Part shown: one piece after another, positions 38,459 through 47,969 of the stretch
Layout of the letters: each line of letters opens with the position of its first letter
Numbering within the stretch: the first letter of the stretch is position 1
Assembly (NCBI GenBank): GCA_965247115.1
Contig: CBDFGR010000002.1
Coordinates: 416,001 to 480,000 of the forward strand
Direction of reading: 5' to 3'
DNA length: 64,000 bases
Source: Myxococcota bacterium
GTDB lineage: Bacteria > Myxococcota_A > UBA9160 > SZUA-336
Notes under the pieces: generated by a model
What the model saw: only the letters and a program-made list of their open reading frames with translations
Database searches by the model: none
What the model was told of the DNA's origin: nothing
Program-made: the position numbers and the translations under genes

Positions 38459-39705
38459 ATGAACGTAGGGACTGGACTCTCGCCGGGAACGGTACTCGCG
38501 GGACGGTACGAGATTCAGAGTGAGATCGGCCGCGGCGAGCGTTCCATCGTCTTCGAGGCGCTCGACACGCAACGCGAGCGCCGCGTAGCCGTCAAGCTGC
38601 TATCTCCCCTGGCCGCTATCGCCCACCTCATGCGGGAGCAGCTGCGGCGTTACTCCGACGAGCTCGCCAGCGTGCAACACGCCGGCATCCTGAAACCGAT
38701 CGAGCTGCTCGAGGCGGGCCTCGAGACGCTGATCGTGATGGAGCAAGCGGAGGGGAGCGACCTCGGGAGCCAGGTCGCTGCACAGGGTCCGCTCAGCCCG
38801 CACGAGGTCGCAGAGATCGGTCGTTGCGTGGCGGAGGCGCTCGCGGCCGCACACGCCCGGGGTCTGCTGCACCGGGGCGTGAAGCCGTCGAACGGGTTGC
38901 TGCCGGAGGCGGGTGTGCCGCTGTTGACCGACTTTGGCTGCTCGAACCTCGACGGCCACGAGGCGCCCCTGGAGGACCAGAGACCGGCCAGCAGCATCGG
39001 GTTCCTGTCTCCCGAGCTGCTGCAGGGGAGCTACACCGACGCGCGCTCGGACATCTACGCGCTCGGGATGACTCTGTACCACGCGCTCGTTGGCGAGCTC
39101 CCCGCGGAGCTGCAGGAACCCGAGAGGCCGGTGCATTTGTCCGAAGGGTTCCATCCAGCCCTCGTTCGCCCCGACGTTCCCCCCTGGCTTGACCATCATC
39201 GCGCGCGCCACCTGCGCCGAGCCCTCGTGCCGCATCGAGACGGCAGAGACGTTGGCCCGCGCACTCGACGAGCAGGGGCTTCCGGGGGGAGTCGGCACCT
39301 CGCGCGAGGCCTACCTGGCGGATTGCTGCATCCTGTGTCGCGAGCCGGGCACACTCGGACGCGCGGTCTGCCCACATTGCGAGGACGCAAAGACCGTCCA
39401 CGCGAATACGCTGCTGAAGCTCGTCGCGCCAAACGGGCAGATGGCGGACGACGAGGAGCGTGTCCGAAAGCTGCGCGGGCTCACCGGCTCGCCCGGAGAC
39501 GAACGCGCCGTGCGCAGGGTCGCCCGGGGTAAGCAGCCCCTCGTCAAGCTGTCGCGTTCGCAAGCCCAGCGTGTCTCGCAGCGGCTCTCTGCGTACGGCT
39601 TCGAGAGTCGGCTCGTCCCGGTAGATTCCACCTGGGCCGAGCTGCCGGACTGGCTCGTCACGTTGGCCCTGATTCCGATCGGCCTCGGCTTCGCCCTGGC
39701 GCTTA
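38459..39705 (+). pseudogene. Ser/Thr kinase-like membrane protein, 5' part (frameshift near 39193, IS-interrupted)
   Basis: VAVK, HRGVKPSN, DFG, SDIYALG; continues in another frame through CxxC..CxxC and a TM segment up to the IS. Confidence 0.75.
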
Positions 39706-40982
39706 GCAGGCTGCGGAGAAAGTGACTGGTTGAGGGGTGGTCCTTCCGACGAGGGGGTTCACCGGCCGAGGGGCGGGGCGCGATTCCCGGTTCGAACCGG
39801 TCTTGGGCTCCGCTGATCGCGGGGCGGTTTCGCACATGACCTACGTGGCCTCCAGCAGCTTGCGGATCCGGATCAGGTTGTAGGCTGCGGCCGTGAAGGT
39901 GAAGACCCAGCCGACCCGATCCGTGCCGCGGTGTCGGGTCTTGCGCATCAGCCCCACGGTCTTCATCCAGCCGAAGACCTCTTCCACCCGTTTGCGAAAA
40001 CGCTGACTCAGTTCGTAGCCCCGGTGGCGCGTCGTCCGCCCGTCGATCGCGCTGCGTCGATTCGTCGTGTTCTGCGCCACGTGTGGGGTCACGCCCAACT
40101 CTCGAAGCTCTTCCACGAACCCCTTCGTGTCGAAGCCCTTGTCTCCGCCCAATGTCCTCCGACGCCCGCCTCCCAGACCTTCCACCATCTCGAGCGCCGC
40201 TTCGCGCTCCGCATATCCCGACGCCTGCGTGAGCTTCGCCGCGACCACCAAGCCGTTCCGGTTCTCCGTCACCACGTGTCCCTGGTACGCGAGTCGGGCG
40301 CCTTGGCCTCTCATACCGGCGAGTCGTGCGTCGGGATCCGTCGTCGACGCATGCGTCTGGTTGCTCCGCTTCTCGCCTCGGAAGTTCACCGTCGGGTTGC
40401 CCGGGTCATCGTCGTCTCTCCGTTCCTCGTCCTTCCGTACGAAGCTCTTCTGGCTCGCCCACGCCTCGATCAGCGTCCCGTCTACCGTGAAGTGCTCCAA
40501 CGACACCCATCCCTCGGTCTCGGCCTGCTCCAGCACTGCGTCGAAGAAGTGCTCGGCAATCTCGCCCTTGAGCAGCCGGTCTCGGTTCTTCGTGAACACC
40601 GTGGCGCTGAACACCACCTCGTCAAGCTCCAGACCCACGAACCAGCGATACAGCAGGTTGTACTCCAGCTGCTCCACCAGCTGCCGCTCGCTCCGGATGG
40701 TGTAGAGCACCTGCAGCAGCAGGGCGCGCAGCAGCTGCTCCGGGGGCACGGACGGGCGCCCTACGCCTCTGGCGTAGATCGCGTCGAAGCGCGGCGATAG
40801 CCGCTGCAGCGCCGTGTCGACCATGCGCCGCATCGCTCGAAGCGGATGATCATCCGGAATCCGCGACTCCAGCGACACGTAGCTGAACATCCCGCCCTGA
40901 AGCGTCCCCTGTCCTCTCACGCCTCCCCCTTTGGGGCTCGCTCCCAAGGTACCCTTCGATGAGGAGTTTTTCAGCAGCCTGC
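39706..40982 (-). mobile_element. IS5-family insertion sequence (1277 bp)
   Basis: Ends GCAGGCTGCGGAGAAAGT and (revcomp) GCAGGCTGCTGAAAAACT (15/18); TA duplicated at 39704-39705 and 40983-40984. Confidence 0.9.
39841..40920 (-). CDS. IS5-family DDE transposase
   Basis: MFSYVSLESRIPDDHPLR, SERQLVEQL, VDGT, GDKGFD, RKRVEEVFG..K; GTG start inside the element. Confidence 0.92.
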   Translation of the reverse strand: MRGQGTLQGGMFSYVSLESRIPDDHPLRAMRRMVDTALQRLSPRFDAIYARGVGRPSVPPEQLLRALLLQVLYTIRSERQLVEQLEYNLLYRWFVGLELDEVVFSATVFTKNRDRLLKGEIAEHFFDAVLEQAETEGWVSLEHFTVDGTLIEAWASQKSFVRKDEERRDDDDPGNPTVNFRGEKRSNQTHASTTDPDARLAGMRGQGARLAYQGHVVTENRNGLVVAAKLTQASGYAEREAALEMVEGLGGGRRRTLGGDKGFDTKGFVEELRELGVTPHVAQNTTNRRSAIDGRTTRHRGYELSQRFRKRVEEVFGWMKTVGLMRKTRHRGTDRVGWVFTFTAAAYNLIRIRKLLEAT

Positions 40983-40983
40983 T

Positions 40984-41604
40984 AGAGGCGATGCAGTGCT
41001 CTTTGGCGCCGGCCTGGCAGGAGGCCTCGTCCTGCTGCCTCTGGGGCACAGCCTGATGCAGCATCCGCCGCTGATTCCGGACCCCACCGGCCCGCGACCC
41101 GCGCCCTCGCTCGCGCAGAAGGTGGCGGAGGTGATGCCTGAGATTCAGGGAGGCGAGGCGCGCAAGCTGCTCGCCGAGATCCTCCGCCTCAGCAGGGACG
41201 TCTCACTCCGGCTGGCGAACTGTGCGGACAGCGCGGAGACCAGGGAGGCCCTCGTCGCCCTGGGCCTCTCCGCCTGTGACGCGGCCCGCGAGCTGGCGAC
41301 GCTGGACCCGATCCTCGATGCCCTGATGCTGCACGGGGAGCACCGCTTCGAGCCGCCCCCGGGACTGCTCGAGAGTCGCGCGCGGCTCGGAACCGCCAGA
41401 AGCTGCCTGGCTCAGTACCTGCTCGAGACGACCGCGACATTGAGTGTCGTGCGCGGCGTGGAGATTCTCGACGCCGCCGAGATCCGTGGGGAGATCGCCG
41501 CCATCCATGCGCGGCTCGACGAGGAGCTCGATAGCCAGCGGGTCGCTGTGAAGCAGGCCTTCAGCCTCTTCCCGCTGCGCTCGACTCCCGTCGACGAGAG
41601 TTGA
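40984..41604 (+). pseudogene. 3' remainder of the IS-interrupted kinase-like gene
   Basis: Excising the IS and one TA restores the frame ...GFALALRGDAVLFGAGLAGG... Confidence 0.75.
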
Positions 41605-41659
41605 ACAGCGCGCCGACTCCGCTACGCAGAGCCGGCGCGCTCACTTCCCGGTTCGTCCC

Positions 41660-41854
41660 TCAGGCGCTCGCCGGCTTTTGTGCGTTGCCGCTCGAGCTCG
41701 CCTCGCGACCGGGCAGATCCCTTGCGGGGATACGCCACTGCTTCCCGATCCGAACTGCTTCCAGCTGGCCGGACTCGATCAGGCGATACACCGTGCGAGC
41801 CGAGATGCGCAAGAAGCCCGCTGCTTCCCGAACCGTGATCAGATTCTCATCCAT
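41660..41854 (-). CDS. Excisionase-like helix-turn-helix DNA-binding protein
   Basis: LITVREAAGFLRISARTVYRLIESGQLEAVRIGKQWRI. Confidence 0.9.
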   Translation of the reverse strand: MDENLITVREAAGFLRISARTVYRLIESGQLEAVRIGKQWRIPARDLPGREASSSGNAQKPASA

Positions 41855-42145
41855 TGTGAACCCCCCTCACTTTGTGTCTCTTCCGGGGCCCCAGAACGTC
41901 ATCCCCGGTGATTGCAACGCGCTCTGGATCAGACCTTGCCAGCCGCGCCCGCTAGGTACCGTTTCGTCATGTTCGCCGGCTCCTTGATGAATAGAACGGC
42001 TCATTCCTTTCTGATTGATTGATTCCATCGCCCCGCGGGGCGACGAAACCCGAAACCTCTCTGAAACGCGGAGGTTGCACGAAACCTCCGGCCGGGGCGC
42101 GCGTCTCACTGGCAGCCAGAAACCCGACGAGAGGCAGTCCAGACG

Positions 42146-42904
42146 ATGGTGGAGCATAGGCCCCCGGACCCGAAACCTGCGCCGTCCGGCTACAGATCCG
42201 CGCTCTGGCGCGCGTTGCTGGCGGTCCTGGCGATCGCCGCCCTCGTCTTCCTCGGCCGACAAGCCGGCGGCGCTCTCCAGCAGTTCGCTACCTGGATAGA
42301 CGCGCTCGGCGTCTGGGGACCGCTCGCCTTCATGCTGGGGTACGCGATCGCCACCCTCGCCTTCATCCCGGGCTCACTCCTGACCCTCGCCGCAGGGGCG
42401 ATCTTTGGAATCGCCTGGGGAACGCTCTACGTGTTCGTCGCTGCGAGCGTGGGCGCGTGCGCCGCATTCCTCGTAGCTCGCTATGTGGCGCGGGGCACGA
42501 TCGAGCGCAGGCTCGAGGGAAACCCGAAGTTCGCCGCGATCGACAAGGCAGTCGGCGGAGAAGGCCGCAAGATCGTCACGCTACTGCGCCTGTCGCCGGT
42601 CTTCCCGTTCAACCTGCTGAACTATGCGCTCGGACTAACCCAGGTGGGCTTCGGCGACTACGCCGTCGCATGCCTCGGAATGCTGCCTGGCACGCTCCTC
42701 TATGTGTACACCGGCTCGCTCGCAGGAGACCTCGCGGCTGCCGTCTCCGGCGCCAGTACCAGCCCTAGCGGACCTGGACACTGGGCGCTCCTGGTCGTGG
42801 GGCTGGCCGCGACCGCAGCCGTGACCATCCTCGTGACCCGCGTGGCTCGTCGAGCCCTGCAAGAGGTCACGGGAGAGGTGGAGGACTCCGCCGAGCGCGC
42901 CTAG
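42146..42904 (+). CDS. TVP38/TMEM64 (DedA-superfamily) membrane protein
   Basis: IPGSLLTLAAGAIFG, LLRLSPVFPFNLLNY. Confidence 0.92.
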   Translation: MVEHRPPDPKPAPSGYRSALWRALLAVLAIAALVFLGRQAGGALQQFATWIDALGVWGPLAFMLGYAIATLAFIPGSLLTLAAGAIFGIAWGTLYVFVAASVGACAAFLVARYVARGTIERRLEGNPKFAAIDKAVGGEGRKIVTLLRLSPVFPFNLLNYALGLTQVGFGDYAVACLGMLPGTLLYVYTGSLAGDLAAAVSGASTSPSGPGHWALLVVGLAATAAVTILVTRVARRALQEVTGEVEDSAERA

Positions 42905-44184
42905 CGCTCGGACGTCAACCCGGCGAAAGCCGGATGGGAGGCGTCTCCCCGAGCCAGGATCAATGCGTAGAGAAAAGGCGGCGAGGCGGGCGCAAGGCGA
43001 CCGTTCACCAGCACCATGGGCGTTCCCCGTAACCCCTCCGCGAGCGCCCAGTCGATATCGTCCTGCAGCTTCGCCTTCGTAGCCGCGGAATCCATACAGG
43101 CCACCAGTGCGCGAGCCTCGGTGTAGCGGGCGGCGAGTGAGACGACCTGCTCCGCGCTGAGCGTCTCCTGATTCCGGAACAGGTCGCTCGAGTAGGCGAA
43201 GGCGTCCGGGGTTGCCTCCATGCAGATGCGCGCGAGCGCCGCTCGGCAACGCACGCTGTCGCCGGGCCCTCGCGGGGGGCCGACAGCGTTGCACGCATTG
43301 TCGAGCGGAAACTGCCGCTCCTCCACGGAGAAAGAGCCGGCCGGCAGGCTCTGCTCCAGCGCCTCGAGCCCGCTGTGGAAGACAGCGCAGTGTCCGCAGA
43401 GCGTGTCCGTGAAGTCTGTGAGCCGAACCGGGGCCACGGGCGAGCCATGGAGTCCTCTGGCTGGACGTGGAGCCGGTACCGGGGTCTGTGAGAACGCTTC
43501 GAGCGCGGCGGCGAACGCCCGCTTGTCCGGGGGACCGAGATCGGCGACAAACTGTGCGAGACGTTCGTCGAGGCTGCCAGTCGCATCAGAGCTCAGCTCG
43601 AGGTCCGGGACCCGGCTCTCTACGGCTCCCAGTGGTGTCCGTGAGCCCGGGTAGAGCAGGACCACGAGGAACACGGCGGTCAGCGCCGCAGTCGCCGCCC
43701 CGCCTCGAGCCAGGTCGGCGGGCGCCAGACCGCGCGTCGTCGAGAAGACGACGCCGACGAAACCGCAGACGAGGAGGTACGTCAGCAGACAGTTGCCACA
43801 AATGGTCCCGGCCGCGATGGAGACGACCATGAGAACGAGTACCGCGACAGTGCCGGCCGCGGCCGTCGCGACCAGCATCCCGAGCAACAGCACCGATCGG
43901 CCCGCGCCCAGCAGTGCGACCGCCACCGCAAGCGCAACCAGCCCCCAGATCAGCCCCCAGCCCGCGATGGGGAGCCCAGTCGCGGTGTGGATCGCAGTCG
44001 CGAATCCGGAATCCCAGAGCGCGGTGCAGCTGGCGGCTTCTCCGAGGGGGCAGAAGACCTGCCCTCCGCTGCGCGAGCTGATCAGCTCGGTCCACAGGAA
44101 GAGCCCCCACAGCCCACTCGCGCTCGCGAGCGCGCAGAGGGCTACGAGTCCCGGCTTCCCTGGGCCGCGCACCGTGCTGGCCAT
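42901..44184 (-). CDS. VKOR domain fused to a DsbA-like thioredoxin domain
   Basis: Loop Cys pair, CGNC in the TM region, then CGHC and GTP (cis-Pro) motif. Confidence 0.85.
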   Translation of the reverse strand: MASTVRGPGKPGLVALCALASASGLWGLFLWTELISSRSGGQVFCPLGEAASCTALWDSGFATAIHTATGLPIAGWGLIWGLVALAVAVALLGAGRSVLLLGMLVATAAAGTVAVLVLMVVSIAAGTICGNCLLTYLLVCGFVGVVFSTTRGLAPADLARGGAATAALTAVFLVVLLYPGSRTPLGAVESRVPDLELSSDATGSLDERLAQFVADLGPPDKRAFAAALEAFSQTPVPAPRPARGLHGSPVAPVRLTDFTDTLCGHCAVFHSGLEALEQSLPAGSFSVEERQFPLDNACNAVGPPRGPGDSVRCRAALARICMEATPDAFAYSSDLFRNQETLSAEQVVSLAARYTEARALVACMDSAATKAKLQDDIDWALAEGLRGTPMVLVNGRLAPASPPFLYALILARGDASHPAFAGLTSER

Positions 44185-44334
44185 CCGATCTCCTTCGCGA
44201 GATGCAGAACGAAGCTCGAATCTACCGAAACGCAGCGGGCCCGCGCTGCCCCACCCCCAGGGAAGACGGGCGGAGCTTCTTTCCGGTCAGCTGCGTATGG
44301 CAGCCCGCAGAGCAGCGCTGCGGGCATTTCGGGC

Positions 44335-44350
44335 TGGCGCGTCGTTTGCA
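44335..44350 (+). promoter_or_regulatory. Putative sigma54 promoter
   Basis: TGGCGCGTCGTTTGCA (GG-N10-GC), 25 nt before the ATG. Confidence 0.55.
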
Positions 44351-44375
44351 CCACCCAGCACTCAGCGAGGATGCA

Positions 44376-44672
44376 ATGACAGAACCAAGCCCACGCCAGC
44401 AAGCTGGCTATCTCAAGCGTCTCCTGCGCCGCGGCGAGATCGAGATCGTCGACTCCTCCAGCGGCCGCGCGGTATCCGCCCTCGTGAGCCTTTCCGGCCG
44501 TACGATTCGGATCACCCCGTCACCGGAGCGTCTGTTTGAAAGCACGACGACGGAGGGAGGGGACGAGAGCCGCTGGCAGCTCTTGTTCGGCCGGCTGCGC
44601 GAGTCTGTGACGCTGGAGGAAGCGGAGGAGCTGATCCGCGCGGTCGGGGACGAGCAACGGCGCAAGCGCTAG
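44376..44672 (+). CDS. Hypothetical protein (98 aa)
   Basis: GAGG SD, fills the gap, stop overlaps the convergent gene. Confidence 0.55.
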   Translation: MTEPSPRQQAGYLKRLLRRGEIEIVDSSSGRAVSALVSLSGRTIRITPSPERLFESTTTEGGDESRWQLLFGRLRESVTLEEAEELIRAVGDEQRRKR

Positions 44673-45121
44673 CGGGCGTACATCCCCTGTAGCACCCAGG
44701 CGGCGGCCAGAAGACCGAGGCTCGCGCCCACGATCGCGGTCCATCCCGCCCGACGATGGAAGCGAGTCCGTGCGGCACCGAACTCGTGGGGGCGCTCCGA
44801 GAGCAACCCCAGCTTGAAGGCCTGGAAGAGCGCGACGACGCCGCCGAGCACCATGCACGCAATACACGCCTCGTGAAAGCGCAGCACCCAGACGTACGTA
44901 GGTGACCAGAGCTCCAGCTGCTCGCGTCCCAGGAACACGAGCTTCACGATGTAAGAGACGAGAAACAGGCCCACGAGCGACGCAGCGCTCAGCATGAAAC
45001 GCTGGTGTCGCCGTACCCGACGGCTGCGGATGGCGCGCACACCGGCGTACAGCAGGCTCGCGATGACGGCCATGTTGATCAGCGCGCCCGTCCAGTAGGC
45101 GGTCTTCGGATCGATCTGCAT
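44669..45121 (-). CDS. DUF420-like membrane protein
   Basis: Four TM segments with conserved His (RHQRFM, RFHE, FHRRAG). Confidence 0.7.
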   Translation of the reverse strand: MQIDPKTAYWTGALINMAVIASLLYAGVRAIRSRRVRRHQRFMLSAASLVGLFLVSYIVKLVFLGREQLELWSPTYVWVLRFHEACIACMVLGGVVALFQAFKLGLLSERPHEFGAARTRFHRRAGWTAIVGASLGLLAAAWVLQGMYAR

Positions 45122-45144
45122 TGTGCCCCTGTGGGGCCCGGCCC

Positions 45145-45237
45145 GTCTTGTGGGACCCGGGCCGCGGGCGGCCGCGGCCACCCACCTCCGCTCAGGCCTT
45201 CGGCCTTCGCTGCGCGCGCCGCTCGGGCGGCGCTTGC
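45145..45237 (+). repeat. REP-like repeat copy H
   Basis: Matches the consensus. Confidence 0.9.
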
Positions 45238-45351
45238 AGGGAGGTGCGTCGGGATTCGGAGCTTATCGTCTCTTGGGCGAGATTCCGAACTTGGGGACGG
45301 TCCTCAATCCGAACTTCTTACCGGATCGGAACTTGGGGACGCGGAGGACTC

Positions 45352-46464
45352 TTACGGGGTGTAGGGAGGGGGGACGGGGTAGCCGGGGAGGGGTTGGGAG
45401 AGGATGCGCTGGTACCAGGGGGGGTCTACGTGGGGGGTGGCGCGGACGACGAGAACGGTGCCGACTGCGAGGACGAGAACCGCTGCCGCCACGGCGGCCC
45501 GGGACGCCCAGACGCGCCGGTGCAATCGAGCCTGGGAGACCGCGGTGGATACGCCGAAATCCGTCGGCGCCGCCAGGACGTCTTCTCGCCACAACCATGC
45601 TGCGATCTCGCCCTGGCAATCCGCAGAGGAGGGGTACAGGATCTTCCGCTCGAGCTTGCGACGCACCGCCGCCGCCGAGCCGCCGCGCTGGTTCGCGCGC
45701 GGCCGCAAGCAGCTGCGAACCAGACGGCTGAAGTGTCGCGCTGCGGCGGGGACGCGCTTTCGCAACGGGCGATAGCGCTCCTTCTCCATCCGTGCGAGCA
45801 AGGTCTCGGCTTCGTCGTCCTGTGGCCCCGGATAGGGAGTCTCACCAGCGACCATCTCGTAGCAGAGGATGCCGAAGGAGAACAGATCGCCCCGATGGTC
45901 GACCCGGGCACCCAGCATTTGCTCGGGCGGCATGTACGGTGGCGTGCCGATCATGATGCCGGGTTGGGTCAGCTTGGGCCCGGTCGGGTCGAGCGCGATC
46001 CCGAAGTCCGCGATCTTCACCTCGCCAGAACGTCCGAGGAGGATGTTCGCAGGCTTCAGGTCCCGGTGAACCGTGCCGCTGGAGTGAATCGCCTCGAGCC
46101 CGCGAATGATCTCGAGCGCGATGCGCCCCGCGATCTCCGGCGGAACGCGCTGCACCTTCTCCAGCACTCCGCGCAGGTCGATCCCGTCCACGTACTCTTG
46201 CGCAATGTATTGATCGCCGCGATACGTGAAGCAGTCGTAGACCGCTACCACGTTCTGATGGTGAACCTCTCCTGCCGCGTGGGCCTCGCGCCGAAAGCGC
46301 TCCAGGAACTCAGGCCCGCTGGCGAGGTCGTCGCGCAGCTTCTTCAGAACGGCAGCCCGCTCCAGCCCGTTTTGCCGACCGAGATAGACGACGCCCATTC
46401 CCCCGCGGCCGATCTCCTTCTCGACGGCGTAGTTCCCGAGAGTCTTCCGGCCGGCCTTGGCCAC
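45352..46464 (-). CDS. Hanks-type Ser/Thr protein kinase with C-terminal TM
   Basis: GRGGMG, HRDLKPAN, DFG, GTPPYMPPE. Confidence 0.95.
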   Translation of the reverse strand: MAKAGRKTLGNYAVEKEIGRGGMGVVYLGRQNGLERAAVLKKLRDDLASGPEFLERFRREAHAAGEVHHQNVVAVYDCFTYRGDQYIAQEYVDGIDLRGVLEKVQRVPPEIAGRIALEIIRGLEAIHSSGTVHRDLKPANILLGRSGEVKIADFGIALDPTGPKLTQPGIMIGTPPYMPPEQMLGARVDHRGDLFSFGILCYEMVAGETPYPGPQDDEAETLLARMEKERYRPLRKRVPAAARHFSRLVRSCLRPRANQRGGSAAAVRRKLERKILYPSSADCQGEIAAWLWREDVLAAPTDFGVSTAVSQARLHRRVWASRAAVAAAVLVLAVGTVLVVRATPHVDPPWYQRILSQPLPGYPVPPPYTP

Positions 46465-46862
46465 TACGGGACTGAGAATTCGGGCGGAGCGTGCTCCGTC
46501 TCTTCGAGCACGTACTGGAACACGTGGTCTCCGAGCTGGAACCGATCTCCGTGCTTGAGATCCGCTGCAGTGACTGGCGCGCCGTTCACGAGCACACCGT
46601 TGGTGCTGCCGAGGTCGAGCAGCCGATAGGCCTCGTCTGCGAGCTCCAACGCTGCGTGCTCGCGCGACATGGCCGGATCGTCAAAGGCGAGGTCTACGTC
46701 CGGACCGCGTCCCAGCGTCAGCCGTGCGGACATGAGCTGGTGCTCGCTGCCGGCAGCCCCCCCCGAGACCTGGACGATGGTCACCCGGACTCTGGCCAGA
46801 AAGGCGGATTCAAGGTCTTTGTCGCCTCGTCGCTGGATCTTGCGCGTAGTGCAGTCGCTCAT
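46464..46862 (-). CDS. FHA domain protein
   Basis: LGRG, MSREHA, DLGSTNG; coupled to the kinase. Confidence 0.9.
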   Translation of the reverse strand: MSDCTTRKIQRRGDKDLESAFLARVRVTIVQVSGGAAGSEHQLMSARLTLGRGPDVDLAFDDPAMSREHAALELADEAYRLLDLGSTNGVLVNGAPVTAADLKHGDRFQLGDHVFQYVLEETEHAPPEFSVP

Positions 46863-46968
46863 TCGGGTCCCTTCCACCTCCGCGTAGCCGAAAGATCGGC
46901 TTGCCAATTCTTGTACTTGAGTGCCACGCTCGGGCGAGAGGTCAGCCAGAACGACGAGGAGACTTGCG

Positions 46969-47814
46969 ATGGAGTACGGCGTCACGCTCTTTCCGACCGA
47001 CTATTCGATAGGCCCCGCGGAGCTCGCAATCGCCGTCGAAGAGCGCGGCTTCGAGTCGGTCTGGTTTCCCGAACACACGCACATCCCGCTCTCCCGCAAG
47101 TCGCCCTGGCCGGGCGGCCCGGAGCTGCCAAAGATGTACTACGACGTCCTCGACCCGATCGTCGCGCTCTCCTGTGCCGCCTCCGTGACCCGAACCCTCA
47201 AGCTCGCGACCGGAATCTGCCTGGTGGTTCAGCGCGATCCCTTCCAGCTCGCGAAGGAGATCGCCAGCCTGGACCAGATCTCGGGCGGGCGCGTACTGCT
47301 GGGCGTGGGTGGAGGCTGGAACGCCGAAGAGATGGCAGATCACGGCACCGCGTTCGAGACCCGGTTCGCCCTGATGCGTGAGCGGATCGAGGCGATGAAG
47401 GTGATCTGGTCGGAGAGCAAGCCCGAGTACCACGGAGACTTCGTCGACTTCGACCCGATGATGACCTGGCCGAAGCCCGTGCAACAGCCGCACCCGCCCA
47501 TTCACGTGGGCGGGATCTTTCCGTACGGCGCGCGTCGCGCGATCCGCTACGGCGACGGCTGGATGCCGATCGGCGGTCGCGGTTCCGATCCGATTGCCTC
47601 GATGCCCGAGTTCCACGAGCTGGCCCGCAGGGCCGGACGCGACCCCGCGAAGCTCGAGGTCACGATATTCGCGCAGCGTCCCGACGAGCCCGAGCTGGGC
47701 CGGTGCGCCAACGCTGGCGTCTCACGCGTGGTCTTCGGCCTGCCGTCCGCGGCCCGGGACAAGATCCTTCCGCTCCTGGATCGCTGCACGGAGCTCAAGA
47801 ACAAAGTCGGCTAG
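46969..47814 (+). CDS. LLM-class (F420-dependent type) oxidoreductase
   Basis: FESVWFPEHTHIP, LDQISGGR, PKPVQQPHPPI. Confidence 0.9.
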   Translation: MEYGVTLFPTDYSIGPAELAIAVEERGFESVWFPEHTHIPLSRKSPWPGGPELPKMYYDVLDPIVALSCAASVTRTLKLATGICLVVQRDPFQLAKEIASLDQISGGRVLLGVGGGWNAEEMADHGTAFETRFALMRERIEAMKVIWSESKPEYHGDFVDFDPMMTWPKPVQQPHPPIHVGGIFPYGARRAIRYGDGWMPIGGRGSDPIASMPEFHELARRAGRDPAKLEVTIFAQRPDEPELGRCANAGVSRVVFGLPSAARDKILPLLDRCTELKNKVG

Positions 47815-47969
47815 GGCTCGTCGCGGCGCGGTGGATGTGCCAGCCCGAGAGCGCGGAGACGCCTCGCTCACGAGTGGCAGGGCGTCTCATGCAACGTCCG
47901 ACTGCATCCGGAGTCCCTCCCGCTCTCGCGTATCATGGAGCTCTGACAGCGCTCTGGAGGGAATCGCGA

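Noticed and set aside
40921..41064. N-terminal extension of the transposase ORF
   Set aside because: Runs across the IS terminal repeat into host DNA; the GTG at 40920 fits the family start
41660..41854. Prophage or integrative element marked by the excisionase-like gene
   Set aside because: No integrase, att site, tRNA or phage genes nearby
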